Positions 1 to 13,561 are shown, counted from the stretch's first letter. The stretch is DNA of 64,000 bases from Vitrella brassicaformis CCMP3155 (GCA_001179505.1 CDMY01000336.1:1-64000), one strand, 5' to 3'. Translations and numbers: made by a program. The notes: generated by a model not told the origin, from the letters alone.

Positions 1-1761
1 ACAGATGTCTGTCTGTCTGTCTGTCCTCAGTGTGTGTCTGTCTGAGTGGCTCTCTGATGGCTTCGACGCGCTGATGGCGATGATATGTGCTGAAGGGAGA
101 GAGATCGGCCGATGAGCCGACGGACGGGCTGACTGAACTGAACTGAATCCCTCACTATGTCGCCTTTTGGTCGTATGTGCGTCGATCTCACTGTGTTGTG
201 TTGTGGGGCTTTGCGTGTCGGTCGGTCTGGCTGCCGTTGTCATGGCTTCGGCCGTCTGCTGCCATGAGTGTGTCGGCCGATGGGTGGGGGGCGGGGGAGA
301 GATGACAGACAGACAGAGAGGGAGGATTGGCTGGCTGGCTGCACAAAGGAATCGCTGTGGGGTGGCGGTGGCCGTCTGTCTGTCTGTTGGTCGGGCTTGT
401 ATGACGACTGCTCGCGAGAGTGTGTTGATCTCTCGTCGATGCATCCGTCACACACGGCCGGCTCACAGACAGACAGACAGACAGACACACCCTGATCTGC
501 CTGACAGAGAGAGAGAGGGAGAGAGGGAGGCCTGAGAAAGAAAGTCGTGTTTTGGTTTTCTTGGCGTGTGTATCCTCCCCTCTCTCTCTCTGTGGGCATC
601 TCTGATGTCGGTCAGGAACCTGAGAGCGTCAGCCCATGAAGGGTATTGGTGCTTTAGGGTTGCCGGGCGGTGACAGAGATGCACACAGAGGGGCGGGCGA
701 GGGAATGGACACACACACATACACACACACACACACGAGTGGATGGACCGATGTGCGCCTCTCTATTGTGTATTGTGACATGGGATGTGTCTGCCCGACG
801 CGCCGGTGAGTTTTTGGACGGCGGGGGGAGAGAGTGAGGGGGATGGGATGGAGACGTCTGTTTGGTGCTGCTGTGGTGTGAGGTTTGTGGGAGGTGTGCT
901 GGCTGTTTGCTGTGGGATGGAGAGAGGGTGTGTGTTCGTGTGCTGATGTTTCTTCCGTACGCAGGACACCTGACACAGTGACTGCTGATCATTGCTCTCT
1001 GAGTGCGGTGGGCATCGAGCAGCTGACAGACAGACCTACACACACACACACACTTAAGTGCTTTTGGCGTGTTGACTTGTTCGATATCATGCCTTGGGTG
1101 CATAGCTGCACGCTGACGGTGTTGTTTTCTTACTGCATGATGCCCGTGCTGTGTATACGTATCTCACTCGCTGTCTGTTGGACACATACAGGTCTGTGTG
1201 TACAGTTCGTGTCTCTACTGACGACATGACTGGCAAGCTATCGGCTTCTCTCTCAGCATATCTCTCTTGATGTCAGCTTGACGGACATTCATTCAGATGA
1301 ACGAACCATGTCAGAGATCCCATCAATGGAATTGCGTCTAGAAACTGCCGGTCATGCATTCAGCCAGCCCGCCAGCCACAGAAGATGCATCCATCCCATT
1401 TGCAAATGATGGAGTCAGGTACACATACACGGACAACACAGAGAGAATGTCGCTCGCAGAGAGATGAAATGGAAAGACGGCCGAGCGAAAACTCACTCCA
1501 TGTCACTCTTATCGGGCAGGCAGGCAGGCAGACAGGGAGGCAGATACACAAACGCCGAAAAACGGAGACACACACACGCAGCACGGGAGAGGCGACATTC
1601 AGCGCGGAAACTGTCTGCCATCCATCCATCCACATGGAGCCAAACGTACATAAACAGACACCGAACACAGACCTTTGCGGAGAGATATCTGGCGATAGGG
1701 GGTGGGTGAGCACAAAACCCACTCCTGTGCGTCATCTGACTCACAGCAGGCAGCTACCTGG

Positions 1762-2936
1762 TCACGCAGACACGTGCATGCAGCCACGACAGCCACGACA
1801 CAATCGCTCTCGTACATAGGGGCTGCTCAGTGCGGCTGTTCTTGCTAGGCTGCCTCTCCCTCCTCTCCCTGGCCATCCTCGCCACGGCTCTCCTAAATGA
1901 ATCACACCATCAGGATCAAAACTGGCTGTTATGTGTGTGAGGTCTGTGTACCCGGCTCCTGAGCGTGCCGATTTCCTCCCGGAGCCGCTGAATCTCGGCC
2001 TCCAAACGATGCCGCTCCGCAGCTTCCTGCACACACAGCAGCCACACAGACACTGACAGACCGATCAGTGGAGCTGGCTGTAGCAGTCTGACTGACCTTT
2101 TTGCGTGTTGACTCTCTTTCGATGAGATGGTCATAGAGCTGGTCGAAGGCCTCCTCATCCTGTGCATCGACTGCCTTCTTCAGGGCGCTTTTGAAGGCCG
2201 TCTGGATGGCTGATGGGAGGAGGGGCACCACGGGCAGGACGGCAGGTACGTGACTGATGTCAAAGAAGTCAGACTGCAGCGCGGATGAGACTTGATCAAC
2301 ACGATATTGGGACAGGCCCTCGATGGCCGCCAGCCTGAGCATCAGCAGGCACACGCACTGAAGTGACCTACCTTCCTGTGTGGCTGATCCCGTCGCTGAC
2401 ACGTACCTTTTGCTTGAGAGTGTTTCCTTCAAACCGTCCTTTCTGTCCAGCGACGGCGATGCTGTATCGTGGCCTTCTTTGTTGCCACCAGGTGGCTGCT
2501 CCGCGCGATGAGCAGCAGAGCGAGCAGGAGGCCTGTTCGACAGGCCATTGCACTCGACACCCACCTCGTGAGGTAAACGACAGGGCTGCAAACCCAGCAG
2601 CAAAGAGAGTACGAGCGCCACCGGAACAGCCGCGACAACTGGCGGTAACGACGCCGGACGCTGCCGATAGGCACGCCTCGCTATGCACCATTGCTCGTGG
2701 AGCCAGGCCAGGCTGTCGGACATCTTCGCAAACAGGGAATGGCAGAAGCACAGGATCCCTTGTGCTGCTGAGACCAGCGACTGGGGAAGGCGAAGAAGGG
2801 TCACAAAGATGCGCAAGATTCGAGATGGGAAAGAGCAGTGTCCGTGAAAGAAGAAGTTTGAGGAGAAAGAAACGTGCTTCGGCGCGTGATGAGCTGGAAA
2901 ATACATCCTGGATATCGCCGCACTCAGCCACGACAT
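1762..2936 (-). CDS. Hypothetical spliced protein; 3' extent uncertain, further exons may run toward the window start
   Basis: Protein-like exon blocks (LMLRLAAIEGLSQYRVDQVSSALQSDFFDISHVP..., EAAERHRLEAEIQRLREEIGTLRSR) separated by GT-AG microsatellite introns; no family recognised. Confidence 0.35.
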
Positions 2937-3070
2937 TGCACTCAGAGGCGATGAGTCAATCAGTGGCTAGTCGTTGCTCGGCTCGGCCCTTTGGGCCTCG
3001 CCTTCGCCCACACTGATGAATATATCCATCCACTTGAACACCCCAGGTCAGCTTATACCGTGTGTGTGTC

Positions 3071-3130
3071 CATCGACTGACTGGGCACTCTCACACTTGC
3101 TCCGGCAACTTCCCTGCACGCACACACACA
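3071..3130 (-). repeat. Dispersed ~55-60 bp copy of the RPB7 3' splice site, terminal exon (GKLPEQV*) and start of the 3'UTR
   Basis: gactgactgggcactctcacacttgctccggcaacttccctgcacgcacacacaca occurs here and at ~14322-14377. Confidence 0.9.
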
Positions 3131-3299
3131 CACACACACACACAGACAGAGAGAGAGAGAGAGCGGGAGGCACGGCCAAAGCACACAGGGGAATGAAGAC
3201 GGCTTGCTGTGCTGTGCTGTGTGTTGTGTGTTTCAGAGGGCCAGGTGAGGCCGATGTGCTCTTTCTGTCGGGCCCACCACTTCGCGAGCCTATCATCCA

Positions 3300-6043
3300 G
3301 CCATCGCCGTACGCACCAACCACTACCCATACAACGACGAGAGCATCAACCAAGGACGGTGTCTGTCTGTCTCTGTGCAGGGACATTGTGTGCGGGTCGA
3401 TGGACCAGGCGCGTGAATGAAGACAAGTGCAGGCCCATGTCTGTGCGGATGGGCGAGACGGCCGTGTGTGTGTGTGCATCAGGCGGATTCGCGAGCTGTA
3501 CCGGGAGTATTTTGGTAGAGGCCGTGTGTATGTAGTCCTAGCTAGGCTGGTAAGTGCAGTAAGGATCATGTGGCAACCAATAACGGAACTACCTACCGTG
3601 CAGCAGAGAGTGAGAAGTGTAGGTATTGCCAGTAGCATTGTGGCGACTTCCATCTGGCTGTGTGAATGGCATTCGTTGAGTTGTCTGTCTGGCCACAACA
3701 CACACAGCGTGTCTCGCCATCGGTACGTACATGCGGGGCGATTTGTTCACTTGGGCTCGTGAATGGGCTCGAGGTAAGTCACACCTACCATCCATATCAA
3801 TATCTCCCTGTATGCATGCATATCGATGGCATGATCGAATTGTATGTACATACATACATACAAAGGCGGAATTAAGTGAGTGAGTGATTGACTGAGTGGC
3901 TGATTGCAGGGGAGGCGCATGACGCCCCTGCAGCTACTGTCGCTGGCTGTTCTTCTGTTGGACTCACTCACTCAATCTGAGCGAGCACTGTATGTGTGTC
4001 TCTCTTTCACTCGCTCAGATTACGAAGCTGCTAGGCGTTTTACGCCTGGTCTCGAGATAGTCGTGCACCCTGAAGGCTACACGGGCCAGATCTTCAATGT
4101 TGAAGGTGACAAGAGGTGAAGGCATCGTGAACACCTGTGTACGTTTGTGTGTGCATGCAGCGTTTCCGTTTGTACCGCCGTTCCACGGTCATGTGCTGGC
4201 GGAGTTGCACTACAGTACACACAGCACACCACATGACATGACATGACATCACATCACATCGCATCACATCACATGATTTCGTGCCTCCTTCGTTCAGCGC
4301 ATATCTGGGTTGAGCCGACTCCACCACCCCAACAACAGGGACCAGTTCCCGACACGCAAATGACCGACGCAGCCGAGCACGGCCACACAGACACGCAGCC
4401 CGGTGCTCAGGAGATGGACACGGCCGCCACGCAGCCAGGTGCTCAGGAGCGCGGCCACACAGCCACGCTGCCCGGCACAGCCACGCCGCCACTCTTCAAT
4501 GTGGAAGGCGAGCAGCACACACACACACACACACACTCACACACACGCACCACGTGTGTGTCGCTCGTGTGGTGCGCTGGCTTCAGTGGTGCGGATTTTC
4601 CCAATTTTGACGGACGCCGAACTCCGAGGTCATTCACAAAAGGCACAAAACTCACAAGCGACGGTCACACTTCGTGCATGTCAGGTTTGGCCCGTGATGC
4701 GTTCGACCAGAACAATCGAAGGGGCAACACCGAAGTACACAATAGCGAAGTCCCATTCCCACATACATCGGTGTGTGTGTTTTGTGTGAGTGTGTTAGGA
4801 GGCGGCAGTCCAGGCCGGGACAGACATTTGGGAAGCGCGCCGGATGTTCACGAGCGCCGAAAGGTTCGCAATCTGGCTCCGATCCATCGTCAGGCTGGTC
4901 AAGTAAGTGAGGAAGGAAAGAAGAGACAGACAGACTGTGTATTCCCATGTGCAGCAACGAATTGCGGAATGGCACGTGGTCGAAGCGGCGCGGGCTGGGG
5001 CTGTTCAACTTCGAGGCCAAGAGGCTCCTCCTCATTCTCGGGATAACAAAGGGCTGCAAACCATACTTTCCCGGTGATCTCGTGAAATCCTACAGTGATG
5101 CAGACAAGTCTCATGATGCATGCCTGTGTGTATCATACTAGATTTTGAGTGGGATGACGAGGATCCCGATGAGGATGACGAGAGCTGGGGCGGCCCCGCA
5201 CACCAGCAGCAGCCAGCACTAGCTACACCAGCAGCAGCCAGCACTAGCGCCTCGCAGAAAGCACAGAAGGCAAGCGAACTGAAAGAAATTGCAGTGACAT
5301 CCTGTGTGTGTGTGTACGATCAGGATGCCGTGACGGAGTCCCCTGCTGCTGGTGGTGCTGCTGGGCCCGCCCAGCCACTTCACACCTATGGCCAACAAGA
5401 TGCACACGGCAGACACAGACGCGGCCATCGATCACACACAGGTAAGAGCGGACAAACAAGAGACACATGGGAAGATGCACTTGTTGGCCCTTGGCACTAC
5501 TTGTTGGTGTGTACAGCGTTCGGTGTCAGTGTATGAGCGTCGTGCTGAGACTGTGGTGGTGACGAGCATCCTCGCGACCATGCCCACCAGACCCACTGTG
5601 GCTGAGCTCATCGAATACGGCAAGACAGGTGATTCACACACACACACACACAAAGAAGGGGAAACTGGCTGTTTATTTGGATGGATGGATGGATGTGTGC
5701 AGTCGAGTGTGAGATGGATGTGTGCAGTCGCGGACGGAGAGGAAGAGCGAGAGGGCGAGCAGACGGCGGCCAAGAAGCGCAGCACTCACACCGCCAAGAT
5801 ACACACGCAGGTACGTATGAAAGAGACACGACAGCAGCACATATGCGTTGGTTGGTTGGTTGGTTGACTGGATGTGCAGGCTTTGGTGTCAGCGGTGGTG
5901 CCGACGATGTCCGGCAAGATGTCACAAGTGCGTGCGTTCGCCGACAAACACACCGCATGTGGATGATGTGTGTGTTATGTGTTATTCTTCTACCAGATGA
6001 AGGCACTGGCCATCACTGGCAGTGCACAGTAGAGACGAGATGC
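3300..6043 (+). CDS. Hypothetical multi-exon protein with 12-aa degenerate repeats (TQPGAQE); boundaries uncertain
   Basis: Exon-like blocks DYEAARRFTPGLEIVVHPEGYTGQIFNVE, EAAVQAGTDIWEARRMFTSAERFAIWLRSIVRL, NELRNGTWSKRRGLGLFNFEAKRLLLILG, FEWDDEDPDEDD flanked by splice sites; no family recognised. Confidence 0.4.
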
Positions 6044-7289
6044 TGACAGAGATAGACAGACAGACAGACACGGAGAGCTGTTCGAATTCGCGTCTGAAAG
6101 AACGGCTTTTTTTTTGAAAGAAAGTGGGTTGCGTTTTGATGTGTGAATGCATGTGGATTCACGTGAAATGGACGTGCGAAGGAAGTTCAACACACGACCG
6201 GCAAAAGTGTGTCGTCCATCAAGACAAACAGACAGACAGACATCACACACACAGTGGCTGTCAGTGCGTCTGACTTGGCTGGCTGGCACATCCCAAGCTC
6301 ACGCGGTGACCACAGCTTAAAGGTTGTATGTCGGCCAGTCCGGCAGCCAGCCGCAAGGCCCGCTCATCAAAGTTCACGCGTGCACCAAAGAATGGTACGT
6401 TCCGCGTGAACTGACAAACACTGCAACAAAAACCCTCACCTTAAGAGGACAGGCAGCCGCATGTACAACAGAGCAGGCACGGTGCTCATCCATTCCGACA
6501 GGCATTCGATGGTCTCACACGCAACAGGCAGCTGGCATTCTCGCACCACTTCCCCTCTCTCTCTCGTCCCTCCCGTCACCACACCACAACACGTCGACCA
6601 ACAACACCACCACTCCTCACCATCTCTCCCCTCCTCGCGCATACACTCGCCCCCGGCCGCCTCCACTATTAATACGTCGATCCCTCAATCAATCCATCAT
6701 CGTGGCGGTCGGGTGGGTGACACAGATGTCCATAATCGAAAAGCGCTCATTCATTAAGGCATGTTCACGAGTTGTCACCACACGAGAATGACTCTACCCG
6801 TCATCTATCTTTGTCACACCAGCGAGAGGTCATCCACTACTGCAATACCACCCACATACACCAAAACCGTCCTCCCTGTGCTGTGCTGCGCTAAGAGGGG
6901 GACGCTTCGCATGCCCACAACCAGCAGGCGAGCAGCGCACACACGACACCCAGGTATGGGCAGAATGACATACCGACAAAAGAGACGCTGGCCGTCCGTG
7001 TCTGAGGCGGTCTGAGGCTCCGACGGACACCGTCGCCTATGTCCTTAATAATTTTGTGTGGGTAGGGTTAGGCTAGGCTGGGCTGACTGGCACGAGGCAT
7101 GTATGGGTGCGTCAGGCGCTGGCAAGGGCACAACGTACGTGCACGACACCGCCATTTCCCTCACATACGCGACAGGCAGCCGACAAGAAAAAGGCACACC
7201 AATCCATGAGACCCCCATGACACGACAGACCCGCCTCCCGTCCATCCAGCCAGCAGAAAAGTTCCCTCCCCCTGTGTCCCACGCCCAGC

Positions 7290-10200
7290 CACCCTCTGCC
7301 ATTCGTGTGCGGTGCGTAGCTGACACCACCGCCCTCCCTCGGCAGCGGGGCGCTCTCCTCCGATGAAGTGGCCACCGAGGCGGACGTCCACAATTGCGCA
7401 GCCCGACGATGCCGTGTGTGTGGCGCTGCCCGAGGCACGACGGCCGACCGAATTGAGCCCCTCCAGGAGCTTACGAGGGACGCAGAGCAGCTGGCTCTTG
7501 ATGAAGCCCTCGAGAAGTGCCATGCGGTCACCGTTGCCGGTGGTCGGTGCTGGTGGCTGTGCCTGGCCAGCGGCAGCTGCTGCTGCTGGGACGAGACGGA
7601 ACGGGTGCGGCAACCTTCTGCTGCTGCAACTGCGGTCCGGGTGGTGGATGGATGACGCCGGCGTCTCTGGGCACCTCACGCGGCGACACCTTGGGCAGCA
7701 CGACCGGCCTGACACACACGAGAGAGAAACAAAGCGGCAGAGAGACGGTTCATGGGACCACGGTCTGGATGAGTGTGCGTGTCTATGTGTCTGACTCACT
7801 CGAAGCCTTCGATTTCTTGCTGTGGGTCCAGTGTGGGATTGGTAATTGTTTGGGGAGCTCCTGAGCCGACAGGGGGTGCTCCTGAATGCCGTACGATGGC
7901 GGGGCGGCCGCCACAGCAGCTCCCTGGATGATGATCTGCTTCTGCTGCTGTGGCGCAGGCTCACGGACGCCACTAAGGATTGAGTGAGCAATCTATCTGA
8001 CCACACACACACACACACACATGCACATCACATGCACATCACATGCAGACATGGGTTGGGTGCACCCCGTGTGTGGTCTTGTTCTCACTTGGTCATGCAG
8101 TGAGGGAAGGACACATCGACCACCCCCCACGCGCTAGTGCCGTGGGCTGGGCATAGTGGGGGGTCTGTTGGGTTGACTTCGCCCCCACGTTGCGCACTCC
8201 ATAACAGCGAGACCAACGGGTCTGCCGCTTCGTGGTCGCTGATCTGAGTGTGCCGCGCACACACAGACAGACAGACAGACAGACGGACGGACAGACAAAG
8301 GTAATTGTCATCCAGCGGGAAGGTGCGCGTGTGCATCGTGCAGGTGGATCACTCACCGGCATGAATATGGGTTCTTCGGCGTTGTAGCGGATGCGGACGC
8401 ATGGGTGTTGTAGTCCCGGCCGGCCATGACGGGCACGTGCACGCTGGTCGTCCCAGCACCGCAATTGCCACTGCAGCGACCCAACGAAGCCCATCGTGAC
8501 TCCCAGGGCCCGTCCGTTGCACGTGGACAGTGTACTCAAGCTGAGCCGTCAGGGGGATGCCCTGGCCGAGTGTCAGGGTGAGACCGAGCCCGCTCAGAGG
8601 GATGGCCAGCGGCTGCATGGCTTGGCCTGCCACGGACGGCTGGCCCGTCCGTGTGAGCAGCAGCGTGCCCCCCTAGTTGTTCGAGGGCTGCGTGACCACG
8701 ACTGCAACCTGCAGCTGCACCGAATGCCGATCGTCGACCACCGTGACGTCGACGCCCGCCGACCCCGATACCCGACAGATGATGCATACGCCACCTGTGC
8801 CGCTGTGCCCTGGAAGGCCGGTACTCCGCTGTGGTCGGGCTGACAGGGGCTGACGGTGCGAGAGCAACCGTTCCGTCGCCCGTGACACGGACCTCCGCCT
8901 CCAGCCTGTCGACACCCCCGCCACCCATGCCGTCGTCGGCAAATGTGATGGACGCCTTGCTGCCGATAGACACAGTCCTGCCTGCCGAGACGAACACCAC
9001 TGGATGGGCGGCGGTGAGGGTGGGCGGCTGGTTGACAGCTGTGAGCGTGACGGAGAGGGCTGCTTCGTTGCTGCCGGGTGAGCGGAACAGTACTCGAGCT
9101 GTGGACGATGGCGAGGGCGAGAGTGTGGGTGGTGCTGCGATTGTGAGGTCACTGAGGCAGTCGCGGAGGGAGAGGGACGCTCCTGCCGTGATGGTGAGGG
9201 CGGTGGGGTGGGAGACTTGGCTGCTCAGCAGAGAGAGGCGCTCTGGAAAAAGGCAAGGATACACACAGGTGTCTATGTCCGATGGGTATGCCCGTGTGCT
9301 CGCGTACCTGAGCCAGTTGCAGTGACGGCAACGGTGCAGAGAGACGGTAGCGGCGTGACAAAGACCAGCCCGCCGTCCAGCCACACATCCATCGACGCAC
9401 TCGAATGCCCCGGCAGCTCCGCCGCGTTGACCAGCTAATCTTCATAGTCCACAGACGTCACGCCGACCACACCCGCCAAAGACGGCTCCCAACCGATCTT
9501 TCTCGACGCTTCTGGCGGGGCCAGCAGGATGGTCGGCTGCAGCGGGTCCTTTGCCGACGTCACGTGGATCCACACAGAGTGGTCGAGCGTCACGGGGTCA
9601 GTGGAGCGTCGATGAGCCGGCACACGCGCCTGCCAGCACCACCACCCCCTGCCCAGCCCACGTGCTGCACAAGGTCGCTTCAATGGTGCCCTGATACGCC
9701 GTCAGCGTCACCACAACGTCATCCCCTTGTGTGAAGTCGTCGATGGCGATGCACGGGAGTGACAGGGGTGTGTCTTCCATGGTTGAGATGTCCTCCTGGG
9801 GGCTGGTAGGCGGCACCAAGACGACCTGGGGCTTGGCGGGTGAGTCGGGACGCACCCGAATGGGAGCGGAAAGAGATGATGAGGGGGTCGGGTTGCCCTC
9901 TGTCTCGTAGACGGGTCGTCTCCCTCGGGCGGGCCCATCTCCTTCCTCATCGAAAGGGGGGAAGGATTGGGCTGCCGGCGGGTCTCCATCTGCCGCGGCT
10001 GGCTGGTGCGGCCCGACGTGCCCGTGTCTGTGGATGAGGGCTTGATGAGGCTCTCCTGCTCCTCATCTGCTGCACTGGTGCTGGTGGTGGTTGTGTGCTT
10101 CTTGCCCGCTGCTGCCGCCCTCTTGCGATAGCCTGATGCGCGAAGGCGAAACGCCTCCTCCTGCACAGAGAGAGAGAGAGAGAGTGTGTGTGTTTTCGGT

Positions 10201-10793
10201 GGGCGCGAGAAGGTGTCTGGGAGAGGGGTTGGGCTCACCAGTTCTACGAGTCGCTTTGCGAGTTGGCGGAGTCGTCCGATCTCTGCCTGGAAGTGTTTGG
10301 AGAGTTTCTCGAATACGAACTTGAGCCGCTGCTTGTCGGCCGACACGTCCGGAATGTGTCCTCAGTGTGCTGCAGCCATGGCCACACACACACACACACA
10401 CAAGACGCACACAGAGAGAGAGGGCATGCAGACAACGCCTGGGTGTGCTGTGCTCGTCCATGCCCACCTGTACAACACCATGATGGCCACCCCACCTCCA
10501 CCTCCACAACCACCACCAGCACCGCCGCCTCTTGTGCGTACAGCCACGGCCCTCTCCTTGACGCTCAGCTGGTGGTCGAACTGCGTCAGATGTCCCTGGA
10601 CCCGCTGAATGGCCTCACGGATGGACGACTCACACCCACCCACACCCACCAATCCATCCACTCGACTCAACACGCACCCATCCGCCCCTCCACCACGACG
10701 CCACCACGAACATAGAGAACAGACAGTAAAGGAAACAGCGACCTGAGGTGGCCGCACTAACACACACGCGACTTGTGATAGCCGCACTAACAC
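7290..10793 (-). pseudogene. Disrupted large gene with cadherin/Ig-like beta-sandwich repeats
   Basis: Motifs EDTPLSLPCIAIDD...VVVTLTAYQGTI, SVTLTAVNQPPTLT, AFQGTAAQVAY, VDVTVVDD resemble cadherin-like repeats; in-frame TAG at 9435-9437 and 8673-8675 plus frame switches near ~10000, ~9630, ~8825, ~8765 and ~7590. Confidence 0.6.
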
Positions 10794-11021
10794 AAAAGCG
10801 GTCTATGCTGGCGCGGTGGGAAAAAAGCAGCCTATGGTGGCACACCAGGCACGAATCGGCTTCGACACAAAGAAAGCGGCACTCGATGTGGGAAAAGAGC
10901 CACATATGGTGCACATGTCGACTCGTCTGCTCGTTGTAATGTTGGCCCTCCTCTCAGAAGGATGGTGTGCTGTAGTTCGTAGTCCTCGATCCCCCGAATG
11001 CCGTCCCCACCACTCCCTCCC

Positions 11022-13561
11022 TCATCCCTGGTAAAAGGAGAAGTTGAGCGACGAGCCGTCCATACGAATGGTCGCCTCTCCACCTGAGCCACATGCATAC
11101 AGAGAGACAGGCAAACGCATCGCATGAGTGGCGTGTCCGGTTTGGTTCTGATCAGTCACCCCTTGGTTTCGGTGGCTTCCTTGACGGCGCGTCGCCGTTC
11201 TTCGTGGCACGCTTCAACCCTGCAAGGTACGAAAGACACGCATACCCATCCATTTCCATCACCTTCATCACCACCATACCCACACTGACCGGATATCATA
11301 TCGGAGCGGTAGTCAGCCATCAGCCCCCTCAGCTCGTCAGCCGACTTGCCCGTCGCGTGCCCGACACAGACGTCGCGATACAGGTCGATGGTCCGCTGAG
11401 AGAGCGGCCTGCTGGTGGGCGTGAGGCACTCGTCCATCTTGATGGTCTCCGTGGTGGCCTTCATGTGCACCCGCTCCACCGCTGCCACATACTCGTCGGC
11501 AAGCTGCTGCCGGGACACCTCCCTCTCATCACGAGCAGCCTCCTCACACTTGCTCACGAGCTCCCTCATCTGCCTGCGCGCCTCGCGCTGAATGTCGGGG
11601 ACGAGGTGGCAGCTGTCGAAAGCCAGCAGGAGGAGTGAGCACGCGACACTAATGAGGTCGGAGTCGAAGGTGATGGCCTCATCTTTGAACGCCCGGCCCT
11701 CCAGGATGGCCACGAGGTTGTGCAGCGACGTGCAAGGGGGGCCTGGACGTGTGGTGAGGGGCCGCTGATGCGTGGCGGTCATGTTGCGGCTGCTCTCATA
11801 GTCTATGATTGCAATCTCGCCGGTGGTCTCATCTAGCAGCACCACATTATCACCATGCAGGTCGTCGTGGCAGATGTCGGCCTTGTGCAGTGCGAGCACC
11901 GCCTCCACCAGGTTGACTGCAATGGTCAACTTCAGCAGGGGCTTGACCTGCTCGCAGTTGCGCCCGAAATCAAACAACGTGACGCCTGCACAACGGGCAA
12001 CAGAGGCAGAGAGATGGAGAGATGGATGGATGGATGGATGGACCAGCTCTCGTAGGTCTGTCTGTTCTGTCTGTGTGTGTGCGTGGTGTGAAGGCCTCGG
12101 CTCACCGTCGCCAGCCTTAGTCATGATCACACATGTCCCAGTCCCAGGCAATCTCTCCCCCTGTTGTCACGATCGGCCGCAACGCATCCAAATCCTCCAC
12201 CACCGCGAGCAGCTTGGGGGCGATGCTCGTTGTGCCCGTTGGTCTCGGTGCGTTGAGATTGTTGCGGCGGCGCTGCCTGACGCTTGCCCCCTCCTTCTCC
12301 ATGGCCACGTTGACCTCCCCCAGTCTGGCCCCCTCCTCCTTGAGTGCGTCGCTGAGGTGCCTGGCCCGCTCCGCCCCCTCCCTCCTTTGGTCTCGAGTGA
12401 TGTACTTGATGACGGCCTGATGGCTGTTGTCGCCCCGTCTGAAGACTCCCGTCATCAGCGAGAAACCTCCGCGGCCGCCCTCCAGCTCCTGCACGCACTC
12501 AAACGACGACCCGGTGTCGATGGTGAGCACAGTTCCGGGGGCGGTGGAGGGAGTGGTGTGCGTGGGTGGTGATGAAGAGGGCGTGGGAGGGGCGGGCACG
12601 TCTGGCGGGGCAGTTGCGGGGGAGTCGGGGGGTGGCGATGATCCATTGGCTGACGACGACACGCCTGAAGAGGAAGAAAGAAGAAGAGGCAGCCACTCAT
12701 ATGAATGAATGAATGCGCATCAGCTTCATGTATGTACTGTACATGCATACCATCAGCTTCGGCGCTCGTGTTGGGTGAGCCTTTCCCCTGGCTCGACGTG
12801 TCGAAGGTTTCTGACTGCTGGTGCTGCTGCTGATTGTGGGCCAAATCATGCCCTCCTGCCACCTCCTGCTGCTCCGTCCTCCCCTCTCCGTCCCTCTCCC
12901 TCTCGACGTGCCCCTGGTGGCTGGGCGGCAGGTCCTTCTCCCTCTCGACGTGCCCCTGGTGGCTGGGCGGCAGGTCCTTCTCAATGACATTCGACGCAGC
13001 TGGGGTGGCCCTCGGGATGGCGGCGATGTTTGGGCGGACGCCGATGGCGTGGCGCTGCGGTGCTGCTGCTGTCTGTGGGGCACGGTGGGGCGCCATGGCG
13101 GCGGCTGGTGAAACGAAACCCCAGCCAGGGGCATGCGCGGCCGACGCACCCGATGCAGCGATGGGAGGCGGCTGGTAGAAGTGCTGCTGCATCATGTGGG
13201 GCAGGGCCGGCATGGCTGGCAGCGCATACGCGCTGATGGGCGCCGCGGTCGCACCATACGGGTCCTGCAGAGCCCGAAGGCAAGGCGGACACACGTATGG
13301 GTTGACGCGCGTGCGCCAAGGGGGGCCACGAGTGTGCTGTGTGCGTGGCGGTTTCCGTGCTGGCGGTCTGCACCGCTTTTGAGCGGGATGCCGCTCGACT
13401 GGCCTGAGGGGCACAGGGGGAGGGGTCGGCCACATGCAGAAGGGGTGTTGCTGCGGGTGCTGATGCTGTTGATGCTGTGGAGACAGCTGCGGCGTGTTGA
13501 GGATGAGTGCCGCTCCGTGCTGTTGCTGATGCTGCTGCTGCAGAGGGTGTGCCGAGGGCAT
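11022..13561 (-). CDS. Atypical protein-kinase-like protein with Q/P-rich N-terminus; 1-nt frameshift at ~12157-12161
   Basis: AVIKY, CVIMTKAG, HDDLHGDN catalytic loop and IIDYE (DFG-equivalent); spliceable from MPSAHPLQQQ (13561) to ...NFSFYQG* (11022); removing one base from a 5-base homopolymer joins the two frames. Confidence 0.7.
12899..12982 (-). repeat. 42-bp tandem duplication (EKDLPPSHQGHVER x2), in frame
   Basis: tctcgacgtgcccctggtggctgggcggcaggtccttctc repeated twice. Confidence 0.95.

Noticed and set aside
167-1830. Many short ORFs rich in THTH, VCVC, QTDR and MDGW
   Set aside because: Translations of intronic (CA)n, (GT)n, (CAGA)n and (GATG)n microsatellites; the same applies across the window
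8673-9437. Stop-codon reassignment or readthrough (both premature stops in the cadherin-like gene are TAG)
   Set aside because: TAG is the normal terminator of the AKR, WBP4 and CDPK7 genes in this window, and the same gene also has frameshifts
12161-12175. A 10-nt GT...AG micro-intron (gtgacaacag) that would repair the kinase frame
   Set aside because: Far shorter than any other intron here; a 1-nt homopolymer indel is simpler
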